A stretch of DNA of 64,000 bases, from assembly GCF_009914755.1 (NCBI RefSeq), contig NC_060941.1. One strand, written 5' to 3'. The notes beneath the pieces were generated by a model that had not been told where the DNA came from, did not search any database, and worked only from the letters and a program-made list of their open reading frames with translations. Positions 15,645 through 31,530 of this stretch are shown piece after piece; the first letter of the stretch is position 1; each line of letters begins with the position of its first letter. The position numbers were made by a program, and so were the translations under genes. The DNA is from the human T2T-CHM13v2.0 reference genome, Homo sapiens.

Positions 15645-16090
15645 GTCTCAGTCGGGCTTACCTCTAAGCAGAGCCTGAGGAAAGGGATGGGGGTTCAGGT
15701 AGTTTATTTGTGAGGTCACCCCAGGATGCACGAATGAGGGAGGAGAAAAGTGAGACAAGGAAGGACAGAGAGCCCACGAAGGTCGTGTTAAGGAGGAGGG
15801 CTCCGTCCTGCTGTGGACACTCTGAGAAAACATGTGGAGCGTCTGGAGAATTGTCCATAAAGAAGATGGGGGTGGGGTGGGGCATTACTTCCTGCCCCTC
15901 ATTGGTTGAGATGAACCCCTGGAGACATTAATGTGTCTGCGTATCTCCAGCAAATTCCTAAATAGAAAGAGGCAGAGACTTGAGGTAGGAGGCCATTGGT
16001 TTGCTGGGACCTGTCCTCCTTCCCGGCAGGTGAACCCAAAGGTGAGGCATGATGACACAGAGCTGGGGATTGCTGACATCTGCTATCCCA
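15645..16090 (-). mobile_element. LTR16-like ERVL LTR
   Basis: aagcagagcctgagg..gtagtttatttgtgaggt..cccagga motif, shared with the copy near 20005. Confidence 0.55.
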
Positions 16091-16596
16091 TTTGGTGCTG
16101 AGGCTAGGGATAGAGGGAGGCACAAAACAGATACCGCTTCTGCTCTCACGCATGAGGGAAGACGGGCTCTAAACAAAGAAGTGGATGTGAGAGTCACATT
16201 GTGATAAATGCCGTACGGGAGATGTCCTGGGTATGTGCATTAGGGGGAGTCTGACCTAGTCTGCAGAATGAGATTATTTCTAATTCCAAATAAATGGAGT
16301 CTTAATTTGTATGGTGCACAGAGTATTTAATTGTATGCTGTAAGAAAACTGGAAAATTTGGTGTTGTGACTAATTCCTATAAATGTTTGTGCTCATCCTG
16401 ATTATCCAAGAATATAGAGTACCAGGTGACAATCTCATTCTGGAAACTTTTGGAGGTCCTGGCAGCCTGAGAGTGTGGTTAGTTTGTTCTAATTGAACTG
16501 ATTGAGCAGGTATGATGGAGTGGTTTATGCATGGATGCATTTGGAAATAATATGTGTTTACTAAATGTAAGAGTAATAATCTGTCTCTTGCAAAAG

Positions 16597-16597
<1 letters not shown>

Positions 16598-16631
<34 letters not shown>

Positions 16632-16702
16632 CTCCTGTAAATGTTAGAAACATATATGTATTTGTGTATAAATACATGCATATATATACATATATATATA
16701 CA
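16598..16702. repeat. (CA)n followed by TA-rich repeat
   Basis: Direct reading. Confidence 0.9.
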
Positions 16703-16704
16703 CT

Positions 16705-17060
16705 TCTCATAGTCAAAATTACACCAAACATACAGGTTTATATCTTATTTTTAGTTGATGTTATTTTTAAAGCATTACCATTTTTAGGATACTTTTGATG
16801 AGCAAATATAGAATGTGGTGTATTCTACAGCATGAATATACCATAATTTGCTTTTATGTCCAATTCTATAATTAGAATGTAAGTTGCTTCCAGGTTCACG
16901 TTATTATGATCAGTACTTTAGTGGATAATTTGAGCATAAAACTGGGTCTGAATTTTGGAAAATTTTTTAGTATAGATTTATAAAATTCCAATTTCTAGGT
17001 CAAACAGAATAAAATTTTTAAGGCTTTTAATATGTGTTATCAAATTACTTTTCAGAAAAA
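16705..17060 (-). mobile_element. Old L1 (L1ME-like) fragment
   Basis: gaatataccataatttg, gttgcttccagg, caaattactttt. Confidence 0.5.
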
Positions 17061-17117
17061 ATGAAATAGTGATACAAATTTTTTTTAAAAATTACTCAAA
17101 CACTTGGGTTCTATTGA

Positions 17118-17458
<341 letters not shown>

Positions 17459-17562
17459 GATTAATCTTTTTGTTAAAACAATCAATCTGGTTTTATATTC
17501 AGGGTTTTTAGATGCTTTTATTTTCATTATTGGGAAAAGAGAGAATGAAAAATATTGCCTGA

Positions 17563-17933
<371 letters not shown>

Positions 17934-17937
17934 CGAA

Positions 17938-18616
<679 letters not shown>

Positions 18617-18675
18617 ATTTTTTGCCTTTCACTCTTAGTGCAGGTAGGCTTTTCTTTGTTATTATTTTACTTTAT

Positions 18676-18832
18676 ATTTTAGGGATGAGATCTCTCTATG
18701 TTGCCACTGTCTATGGAGCGCAGGTCATAGGCACCATCATAGTTTGCTACAGCCTCCAACTGCTGGGCTCAGGATTTCCTTACTCACTCTCCCAAGTAGC
18801 TGGGACTACCAGCATAAGCCATCATGCCTAGC
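18676..18832 (-). mobile_element. FAM-like fossil Alu monomer
   Basis: ctatgttgcc..caggtcataggcaccatcatag..ctacagcctc..gtagctgggactac resembles the FAM reverse complement. Confidence 0.75.
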
Positions 18833-20004
18833 TGATGTTCTTTTTAACCAGGAATTTGAATTGGCTTCATTTCATTCAGAATGACATGTTTATATTCTTG
18901 ATGAGATAATTTGTGAAGGCCTAATATACGAACCAAAGCATGGATGCCTTAGGGAGGAATTTATTTTTGTTTTCTAAACAAAAATGTTAGAATGTTTTTG
19001 CTTTCTACGGAACGTTTTTAAAACTTCAAAGAAGGTAAGTTCGGCATGAGAATTTCTGTTTTCTCAACCACGACTCTCTCATGAAATAAACAGTGCCAGG
19101 CCGCCCTCCCTTCCAAGCTTAGAAACTTGGTTTTTTCATTGCAGATTCTCTTACTTTCAGATCGGAAGTAGGAGGAAAAGCCAGGAGGCCTTGAACTGTT
19201 GGGCTCTTTCTCATTTATTTACCTACTTCTATCAGCCTGACCATTGGAACTGAAGAGTCGATTAGGTCAAATGGTTGGTCAATGCAAGTTAAACAAGTTA
19301 CTTGCTTAAAAAGAAAAAAAAAATAATAAAAGCAACCTTTTTTCTTTTAACCACTCAATTGACCAAATGAAATTCTCCCCCTCATCCCCTCCCATTCTGT
19401 GCCTGTACTGTTGACAGTCAGTTGAGATGGCCAGGACAGAGCAGTGACTAGGACAAAAGAGCGTGATAACAGTTGAAGTTTTGGCCAACAGAGGGGTCAG
19501 AGGCCAGAAAAGCAAACCGAGATCAAGGGACAGAGATAACTGGGGGCATAGCCCATGCAAATACTCGGTGACCAGGAGAGTGGCCGTGTGGAGAAGCAGG
19601 GCAGGAATGTGACCACCCAGCTGGGTGAGGGGCTGCTGGCGTGGAGGCAGCTGCCTGCTCAGCCCAGCCCAGCTGCATTTTCTCCTCTTTCACCCTGGTG
19701 AGAACCAGCCTTCCTTCGGTTCTGCCTGAGGACCCTGTAGGTGCTGAAAATGGAATACAGCTGGCAGGTAGTGGGCGGACAGTGAAAACGTGCCCTGATA
19801 TTATTCTGAGAAAAAAAAAGAGCTTTATTGCTTCTTGTCAGACTATACTATGTTTTAGGAAGAGTTGGGTTCCCCCAAAGAGAAGGTGCAGGGTGCTGGG
19901 AGCAGGATCCTCAGTTTGTAAGAACGCACTCACTGCTCCAAGGCAGCCAACAAAAAATTTTTAAAAAGGGTGATTGAAGGTTCAACTTTTGACATGTAAA
20001 ATCC

Positions 20005-20480
20005 AGTCATAGCTTGGGTTTCCCGGAAGCAGTCCCTGAGACAGAGATTTTAGTGCAACAGTTTATTTGGGAGGCGATCCTGGGAAACACCAGAAGGGAA
20101 GTGGAAAATTGAAATGTCGAAGGAAGCCAATAAAATATGCGTTATTGAGCAGATGGCCCCTGTGACCAACTAGGCTCAGTATCTCTGGGGAACCCCCAGA
20201 GACAGTGTAGAGTAAATTCCAGAATTATGCCATCCAAGGGAAAAGGGAGCTGAATCATTCATCTCTCAGCTGTTGCAAGCTATTGGTGGAGGGATTTTCC
20301 CAAGAGGCATTACCTCCCAGGCTTGTCCTCACTTTGCCTGTGTGGCCTCCAGTGGTCAGACAGAACCCAAAGGAAAAGAGCCAGGGTGCGGATTGGCAGA
20401 AGCTATTCTGGCCCATGTGCAGAGCATCAAGAATGTGTGCTGCAAAAGGTGAGTCGGTGTGCTCCGTTGCTAGGAAAGCT
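20005..20480 (-). mobile_element. LTR16-like ERVL LTR
   Basis: gaagcagtccctgagacagagatttt..gtttatttgggaggcgatcctgggaaacacc. Confidence 0.6.
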
Positions 20481-21740
20481 CAGTATTGCGCTCACAGAGA
20501 TATCTAAGATTCAGCCAGGAGAGTCCTTATTATTTACTCCCCCACTAATGATCATCCCATCAATTTCATGGATCAAAAGAGACAGGAACACACTTCCTCT
20601 GGCAGCTGGGTCTCCAGCCCTTCCATCTGTTTGGTTGTTTTTGTTATAAACTTCAGGAATGTATCTCAAATAATGAGAATTTTTTTTTAATTAATCACTC
20701 CTTTGTACAAGTCCAGGCTTATAATGAAAAGCAATATGAATTAGAACAACTTCTGAGGCAGCAAATGCCTGGATAAAGGAATCAAGAGGGAAAGCTCAAT
20801 GGACAGTCATGGAACCACCTATATCCATTTGCCAAGTTCATAATTTTTGAGATAGCAGCCTTCTGACAATTTTGATGTATGTTTCACATAATCATCTATT
20901 ATCTTAATTTGTAACATTTCTTTTAAACTCACCAGAGGGCATGTTCTTTCAGAAGCTCAATTATGTGCGGTTAGTTGTTTGACAACACTTTTGGCAAATG
21001 GTTATTAAGAGAGTAGGATCTGTGTTTTTGACAAACAGGACAGAGCAAGATTCCCAGCACATGCTGCTGGGAGGGGACCCAGGGCGTGAGACAAATCTCC
21101 TGCAGATTTTTTGAGAAATGTAATGTATTGATAAGCATGGAGACTGAGAAGTTCTGACTTCTTATCCTGTAGGGTACACTCCCAATGAGGAAGGGGGAAG
21201 AGGAGCAGCATTTAACAAATGTTTATTGAGGGTTTACTACGTGCTAAATCAGAGATTCTTTTGGTCTCAGGACACTTTATACTCTTGAAAAGTACTGAAA
21301 CCCACCAAGTGCTGTTGTTTATGTGGGCTATATCTACTGACATTAATCATATTTTAGAAGTTAGAACTGAGAATCATGTTAAAAATTATTATTAATCCAT
21401 TTAAAAATAATAAAACCACTATATATTAACATAACAACATATTATGGAAAATAATTATATTTTCTCAAACAAAAGAATATATAGCAGGAAGAGTGTCAGT
21501 GCTTTACCTTTTGGCAAATCTCTTTTGTGTCTGGCTTGTTAGATGGAAGACAGCTGAATTTTTATATCTGATTCTGCATGTAATTTGTTGTAATACGTTG
21601 TTTGGTAGAAGTACATGAAGAGAATCTGGCCACACACAAATATATGGTTGGAAAGACGAAGAGTATTTTAATAGCCTTTCAGATAATTGTATATATTTTT
21701 CTTTGATGTGATACCCAAACTTGACAAATCGTTTGTTTGA

Positions 21741-22695
21741 TCTTTCTTTTCTTTCCTCCCTCCTTCCCTTCCTCCCTTCCTTCCTCTCTCCCTCCATTCT
21801 CCTCCTCCTCCTTCTTCTTCTTTTCTTCTTCACCGTTTTTTTTTTTTTTTTTTTTGAGGCATAGTCTCGCTCTGTCAGCAGGCTGGATGGAGTGCAGTGA
21901 TCTCAGCTCACTGCAACCGCCACCTCCCGGGTTCAAGCGATTCCCTGACTCAGCCTGTAGTCCAGTAGCTGGGACTACAGGCATGCGCCACCTTGCCCGG
22001 CTAATTTTTTTTTTTTGGATTTTAGTAGAGACGGGGTTTCACCATGTTGGCCAGGATGGTCTTGATCTTCTGACCTTGTGATTACCCCACCTCGGCCTCC
22101 CAAAGTGCTGGGATTACAAGTGTGAGCCACCGCACCCGGCCTTCTTCACCATTTTTAAGTGAACATTCACATCGCTGTCAATCGTCACCATCATCTCCAG
22201 AACTCTTTTTGTCTTGCTAAACTGAAACACTGTATCCATTAAACAACAACTCTCCATTCCTGACTTCCCCCAGTTCCTGGCAATTTCCGTTCTACTTTCT
22301 GTTTCTATGAACGTGACTGTTCTATGTACTTCATACGAGTGGAATCATACAGTATTTATCTTTTTGTGACTTGTTTATTTCACTTAGCATAATGTCTTCA
22401 AGGTTCATCCATGTTGTAGAATGTGTCCAAATTTCCTTCCTTTTTAAGGCTGAATAATATCCCAATTACATGTATATACCACATTTTGTTCATTCATTCA
22501 TTCATTCATTTATTCCTTCAAAGACACTTGGGTTGCATCCACTTTTTGGTTATTGTGAATATTGCTGCTGTGAAGATAGTTGCACAAATGCCTGATTGAG
22601 TCCCTGCTTTTACTTCTTTTGGTTATACACCCAGAAGCAGAATTGCTAAGATTGTGTGGTAATTTTATTTTTAGTTTTTTGAGTAATTGCCATAC
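21741..22695 (-). mobile_element. L1MB-like 3' fragment inserted in Charlie, with pyrimidine tract (21741-21830) at the tail position
   Basis: catctccagaact..aaactgaaac..cattaaacaacaactc..tttcacttagcataatgtcttcaaggttcatccatgttgtag. Confidence 0.88.
21836..22140 (-). mobile_element. AluSc-like, inserted in the L1 fragment
   Basis: TSD cttcttcacc at 21825-21834 and 22141-22150. Confidence 0.95.
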
Positions 22696-23460
22696 GTTTA
22701 AGTAGTAATTACTTAAATGTTAGTTGCAATGTGGAATCTGAAACCATATTAATGAACTTTTGTGACCTGTTACATTAAAATTCATTGGTCTGCCTTGCAC
22801 ATTGAATAAATCTTTAACCCACACATGATTCTTCAGTTTGTATGGGCCATTTGAAAAAGACTGGTTCACTGAGTTATGTAGCTTTTCCAAATAACAGTCC
22901 ATCTTTAATATAATATAAAACAATCAGATTCATTAATATTGCCCCTCATATCATCAGAAAAATCTTCAAAGTATTGCAAGCTGTTAAGTTCATGGTGGCT
23001 GATACAATTCTGATTTTTATTTGAAAGCGTGTATTTTATCTTTGGCAACAAATGCTGCCAATTGTTTTCCTTGAAGTGACAGCCTCACTTTGTTCATTTT
23101 CAAGAATGTGTCTAACACTTACTCAAGTCCTAATCACGATAATTTGTAGTTTTTTAAGTAATAATGATATCTACAGGGGTAGGAAAAAACTATTTTGAGA
23201 ATAGTTTGGATTTCACAGACTTCCTGCAAGTTGTCTTGCGGATGGCCAGAGGCTATGAGCTGTCATTTGAGAACCACTGTGTAAATACAATGCTGCTTGG
23301 CTGAAAATTCATACACATACTAAACACATATGTATAGTATGTATCTTATTTGTTAAGAAAACTTATTTTCACTATTCGAAAATAACATAGATCTATAAGT
23401 GAAAATTCACTGAAGCAAACATATGACAATAAAAATCAGCAGTAATCTCATCATCCATGA

Positions 23461-23778
<318 letters not shown>

Positions 23779-23923
23779 GAAATAGCTATATTTAATAATT
23801 TGCTACCTGTGTTTCCAGATAGCTACCTATATCTATTTATCTACGTATTTACCTTTTAAAAATAAAATCCTATTAAACAAATTATTATGTAACCTGCTTT
23901 GTTTGTATAATGATATGGGATAA

Positions 23924-24312
<389 letters not shown>

Positions 24313-24371
24313 TCAAAATTTATTTTAACCAAAGCCAGGAGTTACTTGTTATAAAAATTCTGCATGTATCA

Positions 24372-24682
24372 TTCTTTTTTCTTTTTTCTTTTTTTAAATT
24401 TGAGACAGGGTCTCTTTGTCACCCAGGCTGGAGTACACTGGCACGATCTCAGCTTATTGCATCCTCAGCTTCCCTAGGCTTATGTGATCCTCCCATCTCA
24501 GCTTCCCAAGTAGCTGGGACTACAGGTGCATGCCATCGTGCCCAGCTAATTTTTGTATTTTTTGTAGAGACGAAGTTTTGCCATGTTGCCCAGGCTGGTC
24601 TCAAACTCCTGGCCTCAAGCAATCTGCCTGCTTTAGCCTCTCAAAGTGCTGGAATTACATGCATGAGCCACTATGCCTGGCC
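24372..24682 (-). mobile_element. AluJ
   Basis: Diverged dimer with J-type gatcctcccatctcag and ctcaagcaatc. Confidence 0.92.
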
Positions 24683-24696
24683 CTTTCACCCACCAC

Positions 24697-25006
24697 TTTT
24701 TATTTTTTTATTTTTTTTTTAGAGACGAAGTCCTACTCTGCCATCCAGACTGGAGAAGTACAGTGGCACGATCTAGGCTCACTGTAGCCTCCGCCTCCCG
24801 GGTTCAGGCAATTCTCATGCCTCAGCTTCCTGAGTAGCTGGGATTATAGACCTGCACCACCATACCTGGCAAATTTTTGTATTTTTAGTAGAGATGGGGT
24901 TTCACCATGTTGGCCAGGGTGGTCTTGAACTTTTGAGCTCAAACTGATCCACCCACCTCAGCCTCCCAAAGTGCTGGGATTACAGGCATGCACCACCGTG
25001 CCTGGC
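24697..25006 (-). mobile_element. AluS
   Basis: TSD cacccacca. Confidence 0.94.
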
Positions 25007-25761
25007 CACACCCACCATTCTTATAACTAAATTATTAGATATTTATTACTATTTTCTTCCATACTATAAATTTTTAGAAGTAGTATCCTGTAGATCATGG
25101 AATCTTTATGTTTTAGAATAAATATGGATGTTGTCTAATTGTCCTCCAAAACGTTGTCTCAACCTACTCTCCCATAGGACCGTAGAGGGCCTGGGTCCAG
25201 GTGCTATTCTTTGCCCTCTGATGTGCACCAGGTTGTTCTTGTTCCTGTGATGGAGTGTTTATCTCTGTGCGTTCCCTAAGGAGGGAGGACCTGTTCAAAT
25301 GGTGTGTGCCCATGGCCCATTTCCTGTGCAATCGTGTGATACCCCACACCTCTAGCACACACACCTTGATCTACAGGAAAGGGCAGAGCTGTTGGGCCCC
25401 ATTTCCCAGATCAGCCTTGCAGGAGGGCACTTATTTATTCTGTGTTGCTGAAACGTCATCGTCTCCTACTCCCGAAGTTTGGGTTTCTGACGATCCAATC
25501 CGATGAAAGACACAGACAACTACAATTTCCAGCAGTTGTAACTTCAGATTCTCTTCCCCACATGCCAGGGCCTCACTTTTCAGCTTACTGTAAGACCTTG
25601 GGTCTGGCTGAGTAATGAACTTGGTGCATGGAAGAAAGAAACTCATCTAACTTGAAGAAAGCTAAACCTGCACCAACTTCCTCTAACATTTTCTGACTTG
25701 ACCAATTTGGTTGAGTATCAAACTTGCAGAAAGAGGGTAGAGTTGATTATGGCCTTCTAAT

Positions 25762-26060
25762 GTTTTTATTAATATTATTTTTGATTGTGGTGAAACACAT
25801 ATAACATGGAATTTATCATCTCAGCCACTTTAAGTGTATAGTTCAGTTGTGTTAAGTACATTCACATTGTTGTGTAACTATTACCACCATCCATCTCCAA
25901 AACTTTTTCATCTTGCAAAACTGAAGCTATATACCCATTAAACACCTCCCAGCCCCTGGTAATTTCTATTCTAGTTTTTGACTCTCTCTAGGTACCTCAT
26001 ACAAGTGGAATCACCCAATATTTCTCTTTTTGTGACTGGCTTATTTTACTTAGCATAATT
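25762..26060 (-). mobile_element. L1MB 3' end
   Basis: attgtggtgaaacacatataaca..ttaagtgtatagttcag..ggtacctcatacaagtggaatca. Confidence 0.85.
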
Positions 26061-26563
26061 GGCCCACTGATTTTAACATTCTGCTTTTATGAGCCAGCAC
26101 CAGGATGGTTCGATTAGTGTGTTTCAAATGGATAACATCAGGATTTTCACATTCCTGAGTAAATTTGGTCAGGAAAGGGGATGTATAAACATTGTTATTG
26201 CTCTTGAAAGGGATAATTTGTCTAAATGAGTTTTTAGAAGAAATGGCACAGCATCACTATTAATGAGGTTGTCAGTGAATGTCTATCTATGTAAAGAAGA
26301 ACAAAACCAGAATTTCAGGCATGTATTTTCTTGCCATTTCATGGCAAGAAGTACAATATCCTGGACCACGAGGATTTTAGAATCACTGACAGTTTATTGT
26401 CTTTACCCTTCCTGTAAGACTGAAGGACTCCTCATTTCCATGGCCAGTTTGGAAAAACTGTTCTTGTTCTGATAGAATGTTGCAGAGTTGACTTTGTCTT
26501 GGTAGAAATTTGAGGGTGGTATAAGCACCACAACCTAAAGCATTGTGTCAGTGGCATTCCAAT

Positions 26564-26863
<300 letters not shown>

Positions 26864-27024
26864 GCATTCCAATTCTTTATTAAAATTAATTTAGACTATC
26901 AAGAAAGTCTAAAAAAATTGAACACTCAAAGGATTGCAGAGGATGCCGTATAGATGTCGAAGGCTGCCTGTGTAGAAGAGGGAGGACCTGTAGCAGGTGC
27001 TTCTGACTTCCACTCATGACTTGC

Positions 27025-27225
27025 TCTGTGCCAGGCACACGTTTATTGAGTGTGTCAGTTCATCCCATTTTACAAAAATGCTATGAGGTGCTTCTTATTA
27101 GTGCTATTTTAACAAGTGCAGAAACAGAAGAGAGAAGGGTTATATAATTTCTTAAAATCACAGAACTGGGAAGTGAAGGAGCAGGATTTGAATTCAGGCA
27201 GTCCAATTCCAGACTCTTTGGGGCT
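27025..27225 (-). mobile_element. MIR
   Basis: tgtgccaggcac..ctatgaggt..gaaacag..ggatttgaattcaggcagtc. Confidence 0.75.
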
Positions 27226-28439
27226 TCATAAGCCTATCGTAAGATTCCTTATCTCTCAACAGATGGCTGAGTATTTATTAGATTGGCCTGTTGAAGAAAA
27301 AACCTTTAAAAAATAATATAACACTTTTACCTAAAAAATAGTAATAAAATAGAAAACACTAGAAGTGATTTTTTTTTGTGATAATATAAACCTATGATAA
27401 AAGTTTTTTGAAAAATGTTTTTTTGAAAATATTTTTGGGGGCTTTGCAAGTAAGAACATTTGAAAACTCTCTTCTAGCCTACAAATGATTTTGGAAGAGA
27501 ATGATTATGCTAAATCTGATTTTATTAGAAATGAGAAAAGATTAAAAATTATTTAAACCTAGTAGGTAAAAAGCTACTCCACTACCTTGGAGATCACTTT
27601 AATTGTCTGGAATACGTCAATGGAATATCAGTCAAACACAAAATAAGAGACTGCCTTCATCATAGTACATGAAAATTATTTCCTTTATAAACAACAGAAT
27701 CAGGAATAGTTCTGTTTTAAGAAAAATGTTATTAAACAAAGCAAGTGTGTAAGGCAGGCAAAGTGGATCACACCCAAATGACCACATGCCCAGCAAGTAT
27801 AAGTAAATATTTTAACGGCCTTTCCTCCTTGTTATTGTGATATATGAAGCTATGCATTACTTTTTGAACCAAGCAATCAGATTTAGCAGAATAAGCCTAT
27901 GCATTTCATCCAGGATTATGACAGCGGATTAGGTAAGGCCTACAGGGACCGTACAGCCGGTGATTGGGCTACCAACCACCTACTGAAAATTTAAAGGAGC
28001 TTTCTGCTTTCAGATCCCTATCACGTCCTCGACTTTCCTGCAAGAGGCAGATTATTACAGTCCCCTGGGAGCCACTCAGGGGGAGTCTCAGGGCACAGAG
28101 GTTATTTGATTCAATTACAAGAAATCTGATGAGTATCTACAAGGAACTCAGAGCTGTGGTAGGTGAGAACAGTTTTGGATATACGGAAAAGATGAATAAG
28201 GCAATGTACTGGCTCTTAAGGATTTGTGGTCTTTTTTAGGGAGAAGAGAAAAAAGTGCATGAAGTAAAGAAAAAGCAGGGAATGAGAGAAAAAAATGGAG
28301 GAGTGAGTGCCACAGCCCAGTCAGTAAGTGCTACGTAAGTGCCTGGAAGAGCGAGAGAGGGTGGGGACTGTGCTGGGAAGTCCAAGACGCAGGGTCTATG
28401 TGGATGGTAGCTAACACAATAGTGGTCTCCCCCCAAGAA

Positions 28440-28702
28440 GCAAAGCAATGGCATAGAACTAAGAACTCTAACTCAAGACAGTTTTCCTGAAATACAACAA
28501 CTACATTTTGAAAATTACCATATTCCTGAGAATATTGACCCAGAATGATCAACACTGAGACATATTCTAGCAAAATTTGGGGGCTTACAAAAAGGAAAAG
28601 AAATCCTTTGGGCAAGAACCTGACCCCGAAAGTGAATTCGATTATCATCAGATTTTTGACAACGATGTTTTATGCTAGAAAAAAATGGAGTAACATCTTT
28701 CA
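28440..28702 (+). mobile_element. Ancient L1/HAL1 ORF1 remnant
   Basis: Translation ..TTMFYARKKWSNIF resembles the L1 ORF1p C-terminal TLxARRxWxxIFK motif. Confidence 0.65.
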
Positions 28703-28922
28703 GACAGCCCCTTCCTACAGACTCTTGGAAAGAACTAGCTGTAGACAAGCAAAATGGCTAGAGGACAGTGACACAGGGCTGGGGTTGATAGTTACTCTAG
28801 AGCTAAGATTAAATGAGGGCTAAACCGGAGGCAGGACAGTGCATATGATGGTTATACGATCTGACAATGCAGATATAGGATGACCACAAAAATCGGGGGA
28901 AATGGGAAAGCATATGAAGACA

Positions 28923-29216
<294 letters not shown>

Positions 29217-29694
29217 ATGAAAGCATTTTTTAAACAACTCTCATAAATTACACCAAGTGTTAGAGTGTGATATTGCTATTCTGATACTGCTGTGTGTAGT
29301 ATGGGATAAACAGGCACCTTTTTATATTCTGCACCTTCTACCTAACCTCAGGATAGATCACTGGACACAACATCAACTTTTTGCTTCTCTTTGTAAACGA
29401 TGCTATTTATTTATTTGTTTATTTTTACCAGCAATGACTTTGGAGGCTTGCTTTAATAACACCACTCTTTCTCAACTCCCCAGGTTTCCATTTCTGTGCG
29501 AAGGGCTTCCATTCATTCCTGTTATCCTTCTTGCTTTATTCCTGGCTGTCTAGGTTTAGCATATTTTTAAATCTGGAAGAATATTTATCTTCAGACTGGT
29601 AGGGACTTTTGTTTATTTTATTAATCTCTAAAGGTCTGTCCTGGACCACTGACAGCCATTGTCCATTTCAAACTCGGTTGTTAGCAGAATTAAC

Positions 29695-29765
29695 CTGTCA
29701 TTTCACGGAAATAGTCTGTGTTGCTGGAAACCGAAACTTTCGCACCCAGGAATTTACCAGGCGTT
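29695..29765. promoter_or_regulatory. Candidate interferon-responsive element (GAS + ISRE + kB-like)
   Basis: ttcacggaa 29702-29710; gaaaccgaaact 29727-29738; ggaatttacc 29749-29758. Confidence 0.45.
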
Positions 29766-29954
29766 TGGTTCAGTGTGGTTTATTTAGATGTCGTTGAATG
29801 GCCAACGGCTTAGTTTCTTTCTCTCCCTTTTGTACTTTCTAAGGCAAAAAGGAGAAAATGCTGGGTACTCATCACTCAGAAGCATGTGTTTTATTTTTCT
29901 TCATAGACTTTTCTCCATGTGATTATGATTTATGTGTTTATGACTTTCTCCCCA

Positions 29955-30043
29955 TGACAGCAGGGCCCTTTGTTGTTTGCTGTTGTTTCTGCAGCACTTG
30001 GCGCCGATGGCATTTCAATAAATATTTGTTGAATGAATGAATG
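29955..30043 (+). mobile_element. L2 3' end
   Basis: tcaataaatatttgttgaatgaatgaatg. Confidence 0.75.
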
Positions 30044-30088
30044 GGATGCTTTTAGATATTATGTATTTGTGATAAAGCAGATATGTGA

Positions 30089-30459
<371 letters not shown>

Positions 30460-30899
30460 TGACATTTGGAATAGGAGATGGAAAGGTACAGCGAATTTTG
30501 TCAAATGCCAGAGACATATTCCCAAAGTTACCTCGGCCACCTATTGTTCCTATGATTGTCTGCACAGCTGCCAGACTTGAGGGAGTCAGTTTCAGTTTTT
30601 TTCTGCCAAATAACTAGCTGTTGCATGATGTTTTGCCTAAATAAATGAAAAACTGAATGAATAAAACACATTATTATTTTAATTGAATGAGACAGAGTGG
30701 GGTTATCACTCAGCAAGAATGTATCCTATCACTAAGTATATTTTTAGTAAGAAAGAAAATTAGTTTTTTGAGCTACAAGAAAGAGGAGGTGGGAAGATCC
30801 TCAGGCCTTACCTCACACCTTCCTCAATAAAACCCTGTAATGCTCTTGTCCTGGGCTTCAGATCTGAGACCATCCCAGAAGTCAGAAAGAGGAGAACAC

Positions 30900-31301
<402 letters not shown>

Positions 31302-31530
31302 CTAAGGGTGTGTGATAGGTCAAGCCTGGCTCTGGGGTCCCCTCACTGTCCCTATCGGGCCTTGGACACAGAGGGGTCATAAGCACCTTAGTTGAGTGAG
31401 GTGAGTGAGAGTTGCTCAAGTGTTTCAGACAGGCAAGTTGTCCCCTAGTCATGGACACAAAAGGTCCTGGGAGAAAGGAGGACTCCAGAGAGGAAAAAAA
31501 AAGTATACCTAGAGACCCAGACCTGAGAGA

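Larger units (their letters stand above)
21249..23279 (-). mobile_element. Charlie1a-like hAT transposon split into 21249-21735 and about 22696-23279
   Basis: Ends ttgagaaccactg; minus-strand translation FGYHIKEKYIQLSE resembles the hAT C-terminal dimerisation region. Confidence 0.85.
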
